DNA from: Eledone cirrhosa
Lineage: Eukaryota
Direction of reading: 5' to 3'
Assembly (NCBI GenBank): GCA_964016885.1
Contig: OZ024745.1
Coordinates: 89,156,001-89,220,000 of the forward strand
DNA length: 64,000 bases
The notes under the pieces were generated by a model. It worked only from the letters and a program-made list of their open reading frames with translations, did not search any database and was not told where the DNA came from. Positions 46,531 through 61,450 of this stretch are shown here, piece after piece (the first letter of the stretch is position 1; each line of letters opens with the position of its first letter). The translations under genes were made by a program, and so were the position numbers.

Positions 46531-49500
46531 GATCGATGTAGTTGCTAGATATATTGCTATATTAGTAGTTGCTACATATATTGTTATAGATGTAGTTGCT
46601 ACATAGATTGCCATAGATGGAGTTGCTACATAGATTGCCATAGATGTAGTTGCTACATATATTGCCATAGAAGTAGTTGCTATATAGATTGCCATAGATG
46701 TAGTTGCTACATAGATTGCTATATATGTAGTTGCTACATAGATTGCCATAGATGTAGTTGCTAGATAGATTGTTATAGATGTAGTTGCTACATAGATTGC
46801 CATAGATGTAGTTGCTACATAGATTGTTATATATGTAGTTGCTACATAGATTGCTATAGATGTAGTTGCTACATAGATTGTTATAGATGTAGTTGCTACA
46901 TAGATTGCTATAGATGTAGTTGCTACATAGATTGCTATAGATGTAGTTGCTACATAGATCGTCATAGACGTAGTTGCTACATTGATTTTTATAGATGTAG
47001 TTGCTACATAGATTTTTATAGATGTAGTTTTTACATAGATTGCCATAGATGGAGTTGCTACATAGATTGCCATAGATGTAGTTGCTACATAGATTGCCAT
47101 AGATGTAGTTGCTACATAGATTGCCATAGATGTAGTTGCTACATAGATTGCCATTTATGTAGTTACTACATAGATTGTTATAAATGTAGTTGCTACATAG
47201 ATTGCCATAGATGTATTTGCTACATAGATTGCCATATATATAGTTGCTACATTTATTGTTATAGATGTAGTTGCTACATATATTGTTATAGATGTAGTTG
47301 CTACATAGTTTGTTATAGATGTAGTTGCCTCACAGATCGCCATATATGTAGTTGCTACATAGATTGCTATAGATGTAGTAGCTACATAGATTGCTATACA
47401 TGTAGTTGCTACATATATTGCTATGGATGTAGTTGCTACATAGATTGTCATAGACGTAGTTGCTACATAGATTGTTATAGATGTAGTTGCTACATAGATT
47501 GTTATAGATGTAGTTGCTACATAGATTGCCATAGATGTAGTTGCTACATAGATTGCCATAGATGTAGTTGCTAAAGAGATTGCCATAGATGTAGTTGCTA
47601 CATAGATTGTTATATATGTATTTGCTACATAGATTGCTATAGATGTATTTGCTACATAGATTGTTAGAGATGTAGTTGCTACATAGATTGTTATAGATGT
47701 AGTTGCTACATAGATTACTATAGATGTATTTGCTACATAGATTGTTATAGATGTAGTTTCTACATAGATTGTTATAGATGTAGTTGCTACATAGATTGCT
47801 ATAGATGTATTTGCTACATATATTGTTATAGATATAGTTGCTACATAGATTGTTATAGATGTAGTTGCTACATAGATTGTTACAGATGTAGTTGCTACAT
47901 AGAATGCGATATAAGTAGTTGCTACATATATTGCCATAGATGTAGTTGCTACATAGATTGCTATAGATGTAGTTGCTGCATATATTGCTATAGATGTAGT
48001 TGCTACATAGATTGCTATAATGTAGTTGCTACATAGATTGCTATATATGTAGTTGCTACATAGATTGCTATAGATGTAGTTGCTACATAGATTGTTATAG
48101 ATGTAGTTGCTACATAGATTGCTATAGATGTATTTGCTACATAGATTGTTATAGATGTAGTTGCGACATAGATTGATATAGATGTAGTAGCTACATAGAT
48201 TGCTATAGATGTAGTAGCTACATAGATTGCTATAGATGTAGTTGCTACATATATTGCTATAGATGTAGTTGCTACATAGATTGTTATAGATGTAGTTGCT
48301 ACATAGAATGCTATAGATGTATTTGCTACATAGATTATTAGAGATGTAGTTGCTACATAGATTGTTATATATGTAGTTGCTACATAGATTGCTCCAGATG
48401 TATTTGCTACATAGATTGTTATAGATGTAGTTTCTACATAGATTGTTATAGATGTAGTTGCTACATAGATTGCTACAGATGTATTTGCTACATAGATTGC
48501 CATAGATGTAGTTGCTACATAGATTGCCATAGATGTAGTTGCTACATTGATTGTTATAGATGTAGTTGCTACATATATTGTTATAGATGTAGTTGCTACA
48601 TAGATTGTTATAGATGTAGTTGCTACATAGATTGCTATAGATGTAGTTGCTGCATAGATTGCTATAGATGTAGTTGCTACATAGATTGCTATAATGTAGT
48701 TGCTACATAGATTGCTATATAAGTAGTTGCTACATAGATTGCTATAGATTTAGTTGCTACATAGATTGTTATAGATGTAGTTGCTACATAGATTGCTATA
48801 GATGTATTTGCTACATAGATTGTTATAGATGTAGTTGCGACATAGATTGTTATAGATGTAGTTGCTATATAGATTGCTATAGATCTATTTGCTACATAGA
48901 TTGTTATAGATGTAGTTGGTACAGAGATTGTTATAGATGTAGTTGCTACATAGATTGTTATAGATGTAGTTGCTACATAGATTGTGATCGATGTAGTTGC
49001 TAGATAGATTGCTATATAAGTAGTTGCTACATATATTGTTATAGATGTAGTTGCTACATAGATTGCCATAGATGGAGTTGCTACATAGATTGCCATAGAT
49101 GTAGTTGCTACATAGATTGCCATAGATGTAGTTGCTATATAGATTGCCAATGATGTAGTTGCTACATAGATTGCTATATATGTAGTTGCTACATAGATTG
49201 CCATAGATGTAGTTGCTACATAGATTGTTATAGATGTAGTTGCTACATAGATTGCCATAGATGTAGTTGCTACATAGATTGTTATATATGTAGTTGCTAC
49301 ATAGATTGCTATAGATGTAGTTGCTACATAGATTGTTATAGATGTAGTTGCTACATAGATTGCTATAGATGTAGTTGCTACATAGATTGCTATAGATGTA
49401 GTTGCTACATAGATCGTCATAGACGTAGTTGCTACATTGATTTTTATAGATGTAGTTGCTACATAGATTTTTATAGATGTAGTTTTTACATAGATTGCCA

Positions 49501-50490
49501 TAGATGGAGTTGCTACATAGATTGCCATAGATGTAGTTGCTACATAGATTGCCATAGATGTAGTTGCTACATAGATTGCCATAGATGTAGTTGCTACATA
49601 GATTGCCATTTATGTAGTTGCTACATAGATTGTTATAAATGAGGTTGCTACATAGATTGCCATAGATGTATTTGCTACATAGATTGCCATATATATAGTT
49701 GCTACATTTATTGTTATAGATGTAGTTGCTACATATATTGTTATAGATGTTGTTGCTACATAGATTGTTATAGATGTAGTTGCTACACAGATCGCCATAG
49801 ATGTAGTTGCTACATAGATTGCTATAGATGTAGTAGCTACATAGATTGCTATACATGTAGTTGCTACATATATTGCTATGGATGTAGTTGCTACATAGAT
49901 TGTCATAGACGTAGTTGCTACATAGATTGTTATAGATGTAGTTGCTACATAGATTGTTATAGATGTAGTTGCTACATAGATTGCCATAGATGTAGTTGCT
50001 ACATAGATTGCCATAGATGTAGTTGCTAAAGAGATTGCCATAGATGTAGTTGCTACATAGATTGTTATATATGCATTTGCTACATAGATTGTTAGAGATG
50101 TAGTTGCTACATAGATTGTTATAGATGTAGTTGCTACATAGATTACTATAGATGTATTTGCTACATAGATTGTTATAGATGTAGTTTCTACATAGATTGT
50201 TATAGATGTAGTTGCTACATAGATTGCTATAGATGTATTTGCTACATATATTGCTATAGATATAGTTGCTAAATAGATTGTTATAGATGTAGTTGCTACA
50301 TAGATTGTTATAGATGTAGTTGCTACATAGAATGCTATATAAGTAGTTGCTACATATATTGCCATAGATGTAGTTGCTACATAGATTGCTATAGATGTAG
50401 TTGCTGCATAGATTGCTATAGATGTAGTTGCTACATAGATTGCTATAATGTAGTTGCTACATAGATTGCTATATAAGTAGTTGCTACATA
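46050..50490. repeat. More diverged higher-order duplication, period 2,455 bp (91 monomers minus 2 bp)
   Basis: tacattgatt at 46088/48543 and ORF pairs 46234/48689 and 47155/49610 are +2455. tataat at 48016/50444 is +2428 (one monomer fewer). Confidence 0.82.
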
Positions 50491-53400
50491 GATTGCTATA
50501 GATGTAGTTGCTACATAGATTGTTATAGATGTAGTTGCTACATAGATTGCTATAGATGTATTTGCTACATAGATTGTTATAGATGTAGTTGCGACATAGA
50601 TTGTTATAGATGTAGTTGCTATATAGATTGCTATAGATCTATTTGCTACATAGATTTTTATAGATGTAGTTGGTACAGAGATTGTTATAGATGTAGTTGC
50701 TACATAGATTGTTATAGATGTAGTTGCTACATAGATTGTGATAGATGTAGTTGCTAGATAGATTGCTATATAAGTAGTTGCTACATATATTGTTATAGAT
50801 GTAGTTGCTACATAGATTGCCATAGATGGAGTTGCTACATAGATTGCCATAGATGTATTTTCTACATAGATTGCCATAGATGTAGTTGCTACATAGATTG
50901 CCATAAATGTAGTTGCTATATAGATTGCCATAGATGTAGTTGCTACATAGATTGCTATATATGTAGTTGCTACATAGATTGCCATAGATGTAGTTGCTAC
51001 ATAGATTGTTATAGATATAGTTGCTACATAGATTGCCATAGATGTAGTTGCTACATAGATTGTTATATATGTAGTTGCTACATAGATTGTTATAGATGTA
51101 GTTGCTACGTAGATTGCTATAGATGTAGTTGCTACATAGATCGTCATAGACGTAGTTGCTACATAGATTTTTATAGATGTAGTTGCTACATAGATTTTTA
51201 TAGATGTAGTTTTTACATAGATTGCCATAGATGGAGTTGCTACATAGATTGCCATAGATGTAGTTGCTACATAGATTGCCATAGATGTAGTTGCTACATA
51301 GATTGCCATAGATGTAGTTGCTACATAGATTGCCATTTATGTAGTTGCTACATAGATTGTTATAAATGTAGTTGCTACATAGATTGCCATAGATGTATTT
51401 GCTACATAGATTGCCATATATATAGTTGCTACATTTATTGTTATAGATGTAGTTGCTACATATATTGTTATAGATGTAGTTGCTACATAGATTGTTATAG
51501 ATGTAGTTTCTACACAGATCGCCATAGATGTAGTTGCTACATAGATTGCTATAGATGTAGTAGCTACATAGATTGCTATACATGTAGTTGCTACATATAT
51601 TGCTATGGATGTAGTTGCTACATAGATTGTCATAGACGTAGTTGCTACATAGATTGTTATAGATGTAGTTGCTACATAGATTGTTATAGATGTAGTTGCT
51701 ACATAGATTGCCATAGATGTAGTTGCTACATAGATTGCCATAGATGTAGTTGCTACATAGATTGCCATAGATGTAGTTGCTACATTGATTTGTATAGATG
51801 TAGTTGCTACATAGATTGCTATAGATGTATTTGCTACATAGATTGCCATAGATGGAGTTGCTACATAGATTGCCATAGATGTAGTTGCTACATAGATTGC
51901 CATAGATGTAGTTGCCTAAGAGATTGCCATAGATGTAGTTGCTACATAGATTGTTATAGATGTAGTTGCTACATAGATTGCTATAGATGTATTTGCTACA
52001 TAGATTGTTAGAGATGTAGTGCTACATAGATTGTTATAGATGTAGTTGCTACATAGATTACTATAGATGTATTTGCTACATAGATTGTTATAGATGTAAT
52101 TTCTACATAGATTGTTATAGATGTAGTTGCTACATAGATTGCTATAGATGTATTTGCTACATATATTGCTATAGATATAGTTGCTACATAGATTGTGATA
52201 GATGTAGTTGCTACATAGATTGTTATAGATGTAGTTGCTACATAGAATGCTATATAATTAGTTGGTACATATATTGCCATAGATGTAGTTGCTACATAGA
52301 TTGTTATATATGTAGTTGCTACATAGATTGTTATAGATGTAGTTGCTACATAGATTGCTATAGATGTAGTTGCTACATAGATCGTCATAGACGTAGTTGC
52401 TACATAGATTTTTATAGATGTAGTTGCTACATAGATTTTTATAGATGTAGTTTTTACATAGATTGCCATAGATGGAGTTGCTACATAGATTGTCATAGAT
52501 GTAGTTGCTACATAGATTGCCATAGATGTAGTTGCTACATAGATTGCCATAGATGTAGTTGCTACATAGATTGCCATTTATGTAGTTGCTACATAGATTG
52601 TTATAAATGTAGTTGCTACATAGATTGCCATAGATGTATTTGCTACATAGATTGCCATATATATAGTTGCTACATTTATTGTTATAGATGTAGTTGCTAC
52701 ATATATTGTTATAGATGTAGTTGCTACATAGATTGTTATAGATGTAGTTGCTACACAGATCGCCATAGATGTAGTTGCTACATAGATTGCTATAGATGTA
52801 GTAGCTACATAGATTGCTATACATGTAGTTGCTACATATATTGCTATGGATGTAGTTGCTACATAGATTGTCATAGACGTAGTTGCTACATAGATTGTTA
52901 TAGATGTAGTTGCTACATAGATTGCCATAGATGTAGTTGCTACATAGATTGCCATAGATGTAGTTGCTAAAGAGATTGCCATAGATGTAGTTGCTACATA
53001 GATTGTTATATATGCATTTGCTACATAGATTGCTATAGATGTATTTGCTACATAGATTGTTAGAGATGTAGTTGCTACATAGATTGTTATAGATGTAGTT
53101 GCTACATAGATTACTATAGATGTATTTGCTACATAGATTGTTATAGATGTAGTTTCTACATAGATTGTTATAGATGTAGTTGCTACATAGATTGCTATAG
53201 ATGTATTTGCTACATATATTGTTATAGATATAGTTGCTAAATAGATTGTTATAGATGTAGTTGCTACATAGATTGTTATAGATGTAGTTGCTACATAGAA
53301 TGCTATATAAGTAGTTGCTACATATATTGCCATAGATGTAGTTGCTACATAGATTGCTATAGATGTAGTTGCTGCATAGATTGCTATAGATGTAGTTGCT

Positions 53401-56400
53401 ACATAGATTGCTATAATGTAGTTGCTACATAGATTGCTATATAAGTAGTTGCTACATAGATTGCTATAGATGTAGTTGCTACATAGATTGTTATAGATGT
53501 AGTTGCTACATAGATTGCTATAGATGTATTTGCTACATAGATTGTTATAGATGTAGTACCGACATAGATTGTTATAGATGTAGTTGCTATATAGATTGCT
53601 ATAGATCTATTTGCTACATAGATTTTTATAGATGTAGTTGGTACAGAGATTGTTATAGATGTAGTTGCTACATAGATTGTTATAGATGTAGTTGCTACAT
53701 AGATTGTGATAGATGTAGTTGCTAGATAGATTGCTATATTAGTAGTTGCTACATATATTGTTATAGATGTAGTTGCTACATAGATTGCCATAGATGGACT
53801 TGCTACATAGATTGCCATAGATGTAGTTGCTACATAGATTGCCATAAATGTAGTTGCTATATAGATTGCCATAGATGTAGTTGCTACATAGATTGCTATA
53901 TATGTAGTTGCTACATAGATTGCCATAGATGTAGTTGCTACATAGATTTTTATAGATATAGTTGCTACATAGATTGCCATAGATGTAGTTGCTACATAGA
54001 TTGTTATATATGTAGTTGCTACATAGATTGTTATAGATGTAGTTGCTACATAGATTGCCATAGATGTAGTTGCTACATAGATTGCCATAGATGTAGTTGC
54101 TACATAGATTGCCATTTATGTAGTTGCTACATAGATTGTTATAAATGTAGTTGCTACATAGATTGCCATAGATGTATTTGCTACATAGATTGCCATATAT
54201 ATAGTTGCTACATTTATTGTTATAGATGTAGTTGCTACATATATTGTTATAGATGTAGTTGCTACATAGATTGTTATAGATGTAGTTGCTACACAGATCG
54301 CCATAGATGTAGTTGCTACATAGATTGCTATAGATGTAGTAGCTACATAGATTGCTATACATGTAGTTGCTACATATATTGCTATGGATGTAGTTGCTAC
54401 ATAGATTGTCATAGACGTAGTTGCTACATAGATTGTTATAGATGTAGTTGCTACATAGATTGCCATAGATGTAGTTGCTACATAGATTGCCATAGATGTA
54501 GTTGCTAAAGAGATTGCCATAGATGTAGTTGCTACATAGATTGTTATATATGCATTTGCTACATAGATTGCTATAGATGTATTTGCTACATAGATTGTTA
54601 GAGATGTAGTTGCTACATAGATTGTTATAGATGTAGTTGCTACATAGATTACTATAGATGTATTTGCTACATAGATTGTTATAGATGTAGTTTCTACATA
54701 GATTGTTATAGATGTAGTTGCTACATAGATTGCTATAGATGTATTTGCTACATATATTGCTATAGATATAGTTGCTAAATAGATTGTTATAGATGTAGTT
54801 GCTACATAGATTGTTATAGATGTAGTTGCTACATAGAATGCTATATAAGTAGTTGCTACATATATTGCCATAGATGTAGTTGCTACATAGATTGCTATAG
54901 ATGTAGTTGCTGCATAGATTGCTATAGATGTAGTTGCTACATAGATTGCTATAATGTAGTTGCTACATAGATTGCTATATAAGTAGTTGCTACATAGATT
55001 GCTATAGATGTAGTTGCTACATAGATTGTTATAGATGTAGTTGCTACATAGATTGCTATAGATGTATTTGCTACATAGATTGTTATAGATGTAGTTGCGA
55101 CATAGATTGTTATAGATGTAGTTGCTATATAGATTGCTATAGATCTATTTGCTACATAGATTTTTATAGATGTAGTTGGTACAGAGATTGTTATAGATGT
55201 AGTTGCTACATAGATTGTTATAGATGTAGTTGCTACATAGATTGTGATAGATGTAGTTGCTAGATAGATTGCTATATAAGTAGTTGCTACATATATTGTT
55301 ATAGATGTAGTTGCTACATAGATTGCCATAGATGGACTTGCTACATAGATTGCCATAGATGTATTTGCTACATAGATTGCCATAGATGTAGTTGCTACAT
55401 AGATTGCCATAAATGTAGTTGCTATATAGATTGCCATAGATGTAGTTGCTACATAGATTGCTATATATGTAGTTGCTACATAGATTGCCATAGATGTAGT
55501 TGCTACATAGATTTTTATAGATATAGTTGCTACATAGATTGCCATAGATGTAGTTGCTACATAGATTGTTATATATGTAGTTGCTACATAGATTGTTATA
55601 GATGTAGTTGCTACGTAGATTGCTATAGATGTAGTTGCTACATAGATCGTCTTAGACGTAGTTGCTACATAGATTTTTATAGATGTAGTTGCTACATAGA
55701 TTTTTATAGATGTAGTTTTTACATAGATTGCCATAGATGGAGTTGCTACATAGATTGCCATAGATGTAGTTGCTACATAGATTGCCATAGATGTAGTTGC
55801 TACATAGATTGCCATAGATGTAGTTGCTACATAGATTGCCATTTATGTAGTTGCTACATAGATTGTTATAAATGTAGTTGCTACATAGATTGCCATAGAT
55901 GTATTTGCTACATAGATTGCCATATATATAGTTGCTACATTTATTGTTATAGATGTAGTTGCTACATATATTGTTATAGATGTAGTTGCTACATAGATTG
56001 TTATAGATGTAGTTGCTACACAGATCGCCATAGATGTAGTTGCTACATAGATTGCTATAGATGTAGTAGCTACATAGATTGCTATACATGTAGTTGCTAC
56101 ATATATTGCTATGGATGTAGTTGCTACATAGATTGTCATAGACGTAGTTGCTACATAGATTGTTATAGATGTAGTTGCTACATAGATTGTTATAGATGTA
56201 GTTGCTACATAGATTGCCATAGATGTAGTTGCTACATAGATTGCCATAGATGTAGTTGCTACATAGATTGCCATAGATGTAGTTGCTACATTGATTTGTA
56301 TAGATGTAGTTGCTACATAGATTGCTATAGATGTATTTGCTACATAGATTGCCATAGATGGAGTTGCTACATAGATTGCCATAGATGTAGTTGCTACATA

Positions 56401-57000
56401 GATTGCCATAGATGTAGTTGCTAAAGAGATTGCCATAGATGTAGTTGCTACATAGATTGTTATAGATGTAGTTGCTACATAGATTGCTATAGATTTATTT
56501 GCTACATAGATTGTTAGAGATGTAGTGCTACATAGATTGTTATAGATGTAGTTGCTACATAGATTACTATAGATGTATTTGCTACATAGATTGTTATAGA
56601 TGTAATTTCTACATAGATTGTTATAGATGTAGTTGCTACATAGATTGCTATAGATGTATTTGCTACATATATTGCTATAGATATAGTTGCTACATAGATT
56701 GTTATAGATGTAGTTGCTACATAGATTGTTATAGATGTAGTTGCTACATAGAATGCTATATAATTAGTTGGTACATATATTGCCATAGATGTAGTTGCTA
56801 CATAGATTGTTATATATGTAGTTGCTACATAGATTGTTATAGATGTAGTTGCTACATAGATTGCTACATAGATCGTCATCGACGTAGTTGCTACATAGAT
56901 TTTTATAGATGTAGTTGCTACATAGATTTTTATAGATGTAGTTTTTACATAGATTGCCATAGATGGAGTTGCTACATAGATTGCCATAGATGTAGTTGCT
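49530..57000. repeat. Higher-order duplication at +4,506 bp overlapping a 1,538-bp tandem duplication (about 52520-55560)
   Basis: ORF pairs 49610/54116, 50443/54949, 51337/55843 and 52008/56514 are +4506. Pairs 52578/54116 and 53411/54949 are +1538 (57 monomers minus 1). Confidence 0.85.
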
Positions 57001-58949
57001 ACATAGATTGCCATAGATGTAGTTGCTACATATATTGCTATAGATGTAGTTGCTACATAGATTGTTATAGATGTAGTTGCTACATAGATTGTTATAGATG
57101 TAGTTGCTACACAGATCGCCATAGATGTAGTTGCTACATAGATTGCTATAGATGTAGTAGCTACATAGATTGCTATACATGTAGTTGCTACATATATTGC
57201 TATGGGTGTAGTTGCTACATAGATTGTCATAGACGTAGTTGCTACATAGATTGTTATAGATGTAGTTGCTACATAGATTGCCATAGATGTAGTTGCTACA
57301 TAGATTGCCATAGATGTAGTTGCTACATAGATTGCCATAGATGTAGTTGCTACATTGATTTGTATAGATGTAGTTGCTACATAGATTGCTATAGATGTAT
57401 TTGCTACATAGATTGCCATAGATGGAGTTGCTACATAGATTGCCATAGATGTAGTTGCTACATAGATTGCCATAGATGTAGTTGCTAAAGAGATTGCCAT
57501 AGATGTAGTTGCTACATAGATTGTTATAGATGTAGTTGCTACATAGATTGCTATAGATGTATTTGCTACATAGATTGTTAGAGATGTAGTGCTACATAGA
57601 TTGTTATAGATGTAGTTGCTACATAGATTACTATAGATGTATTTGCTACATAGATTGTTATAGATGTAATTTCTACATAGATTGTTATAGATGTAGTTGC
57701 TACATAGATTGTTATAGATGTAGTTGCTACATAGATTGTTATAGATGTAGTTGCTACATAGAATGCTATATAATTAGTTGGTACATATATTGCCATAGAT
57801 GTAGTTGCTACATAGATTGCCATAGATGTAGCTGCTACATAGATTGCCATTTATGTAGTTGCTACATAGATTGTGATAGATGTAGTTGCTACATAGATTG
57901 CCATAGATGCAGTTGCTACATAGATTGCCATAGATGTAGTTGCTACATTGATTGTTATAGATGTAGTTGCAACATATATTGTTATAGATGTAGTTGCTAC
58001 ATAGATTGTTATAGATGTAGTTGCTACATAGATTGCTATAATGTAGTTGCTACATAGATTGCTATATAAGTAGTTGCTACATAGATTGTTGAAGATGTAG
58101 TTGCTACATAGATTGTTATAGATGTAGTTGCTACATAGATTGCTATAGATGTATTTGCTACATAGATTGTTATAGATGTAGTTGCAACATAGATTGTTAT
58201 AGATGTAGTTGCTATATAGATTGCTATAAATCTATTTGCTACATAGATTGTTATAGATGTAGTTGGTACAGAGATTGTTATAGATGTAGTTGCTACATAG
58301 ATTGCTATAGATGTAGTAGCTACATAGATTGCTATACATGTAGTTGCTACATATATTGCTATGGATGTAGTTGCTACATAGATTGTCATAGACGTAGTTG
58401 CTACATAGATTGTTATAGATGTAGTTGCTACATAGATTGTTATAGATGTAGTTGCTACATAGATTGCCATAGATGTAGTTGCTACATAGATTGCCATAGA
58501 TGTAGTTGCTAAAGAGATTGCCATAGATGTATTTGCTACATAGATTGTTATATATGCATTTGCTACATAGATTGCTATAGATGTATTTGCTAGATAGATT
58601 GTTAGAGATGTAGTTGCTACATAGATTGTTATAGATGTAGTTGCTACATAGATTACTATAGATGTATTTGCTACATAGATTGTTATAGATGTAGTTTCTA
58701 CATAGATTGTTATAGATGTAGTTGCTACATAGATTGCTATAGATGTATTTGCTACATATATTGCTATAGATATAGTTGCTACATAGATTGTTATAGATGT
58801 AGTTGCTACATAGATTGTTATAGATGTAGTTGCTACATAGAATGCTATATAAGTAGTTGCTACATATATTGCCATAGATGTAGTTGCTACATAGATTGCT
58901 ATAGATGTAGTTGCTGCATAGATTGCTATAGATGTAGTTGCTACATAGA

Positions 58950-61450
58950 TTGCTATAATGTAGTTGCTACATAGATTGCTATATAAGTAGTTGCTACATA
59001 GATTGCTATAGATGTAGTTGCTACATAGATTGTTATAGATGTAGTTGCTACATAGATTGCTATAGATGTATTTGCTACATAGATTGTTATAGATGTAGTT
59101 GCGACATATATTGTTATAGATGTAGTTGCTATATAGATTGCTATAGATCTATTTGCTACATAGATTTTTATAGATGTAGTTGGTACAGAGATTGTTATAG
59201 ATGTAGTTGCTACATAGATTGTTATAGATGTAGTTGCTACATAGATTGTGATAGATGTAGTTGCTAGATAGATTGCTATATAAGTAGTTGCTACATATAT
59301 TGTTATAGATGTAGTTGCTACATAGATTGCCATAGATGGAGTTGCTACATAGATTGCCATAGATGTATTTGCTACATAGATTGCCATAGATGTAGTTGCT
59401 ATATAGATTGCCATAGATGTAGTTGCTACATAGATTGCTATATATGTAGTTGCTACATAGATTGCCATAGATGTAGTTGCTACATAGATTGTTATAGATA
59501 TAGTTGCTACATAGATTGCCATAGATGTAGTTGCTACATAGATTGTTATATATGTGGTTGCTACATCGATTGCTATAGATGTAGTTGCTACATAGATTGT
59601 TATAGATGTAGTTGCTACATAGATTGCTATAGATGTAGTTGCTACATAGATCGTCATAGACGTAGTTGCTACATAGATTTTTATAGATGTAGTTGCTACA
59701 TAGATTTTTATAGATGTAGTTTTTACATAGATTGCCATAGATGGAGTTGCTACATAGATTGCCATAGATGTAGTTGCTACATAGATTGCCATAGATGTAG
59801 TTGCTACATAGATTGCCATTTATGTAGTTGCTACATAGATTGTTATAAATGTAGTTGCTACATAGATTGCCATAGATGTATTTGCTACATAGATTGCCAT
59901 ATATATAGTTGCTACATTTATTGTTATAGATGTAGTTGCTACATATATTGTTATACATGTAGTTGCTACATAGATTGTTATAGATGTAGTTGCTACACAG
60001 ATCGCCATAGATGTAGTTGCTACATAGATTGCTATAGATGTAGTAGCTACATAGATTGCTATACATGTAGTTGCTACATATATTGCTATGGATGTAGTTG
60101 CTACATAGATTGTCATAGACGTAGTTGCTACATAGATTGTTATAGATGTAGTTGCTACATAGATTGTTATAGATGTAGTTGCTACATAGATTGCTATAAT
60201 GTAGTTGCTACATAGATTGCTATATAAGTAGTTGCTACATAGATTGCTATAGATGTAGTTGCTACATAGATTGTTATAGATGTAGTTGCTACATAGATTG
60301 CTATAGATGTATTTGCTACATAGATTGTTATAGATGTAGTTGCGACATAGATTGTTATAGATGTAGTTGCTATATAGATTGCTATAGATCTATTTGCTAC
60401 ATAGATTTTTATAGATGTAGTTGGTACAGAGATTGTTATAGATGTAGTTGCTACATAGATTGTTATAGATGTAGTTGCTACATAGATTGTGATAGATGTA
60501 GTTGCTAGATAGATTGCTATATAAGTAGTTGCTACATATATTGTTATAGATGTAGTTGCTACATAGATTGCCATAGATGGAGTTGCTACATAGATTGCCA
60601 TAGATGTATTTGCTACATAGATTGCCATAGATGTAGTTGCTACATAGATTGCCATAAATGTAGTTGCTATATAGATTGCCATAGATGTAGTTGCTACATA
60701 GATTGCTATATATGTAGTTGCTACATAGATTGCCATAGATGTAGTTGCTACATAGATTGTTATAGATATAGTTGCTACATAGATTGCCATAGATGTAGTT
60801 GCTACATAGATTGTTATATATGTGGTTGCTACATCGATTGCTATAGATGTAGTTGCTACATAGATTGTTATAGATGTAGTTGCTACATAGATTGCTATAG
60901 ATGTAGTTGCTACATAGATCGTCATAGACGTAGTTGCTACATAGATTTTTATAGATGTAGTTGCTACATAGATTTTTATAGATGTAGTTTTTACATAGAT
61001 TGCCATAGATGGAGTTGCTACATAGATTGCCATAGATGTAGTTGCTACATAGATTGCCATAGATGTAGTTGCTACATAGATTGCCATTTATGTAGTTGCT
61101 ACATAGATTGTTATAAATGTAGTTGCTACATAGATTGCCATAGATGTATTTGCTACATAGATTGCCATATATATAGTTGCTACATTTATTGTTATAGATG
61201 TAGTTGCTACATATATTGTTATACATGTAGTTGCTACATAGATTGTTATAGATGTAGTTGCTACACAGATCGCCATAGATGTAGTTGCTACATAGATTGC
61301 TATAGATGTAGTAGCTACATAGATTGCTATACATGTAGTTGCTACATATATTGCTATGGATGTAGTTGCTACATAGATTGTCATAGACGTAGTTGCTACA
61401 TAGATTGTTATAGATGTAGTTGCTACATAGATTGTTATAGATGTAGTTGC
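58950..61450. repeat. Tandem higher-order duplication, period 1,241/1,268 bp (46/47 monomers minus 1 bp)
   Basis: tataat at 58954/60195 is +1241 and ORFs 59820/61088 are +1268. The private variants gtggttgctacatcgat and gttatacatg occur in both copies. Confidence 0.88.

Noticed and set aside
11197-52011. Plus-strand Cys-rich ORFs (CYRCSCYID)n as metallothionein, zinc-finger or keratin-associated-like proteins
   Set aside because: This is another open frame of the same repeat. Starts and stops come from sporadic variant monomers (ATGGATTG, GCTAGATAG), and the ORFs fully overlap the antisense ORFs.
23377-56514. The same 4,506-bp offset in two different domains (23377/27883 and 50443/54949)
   Set aside because: In the left domain it is only one of four transient offsets. 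Periods are limited to n x 27 minus a few bases, so coincidence is likely.
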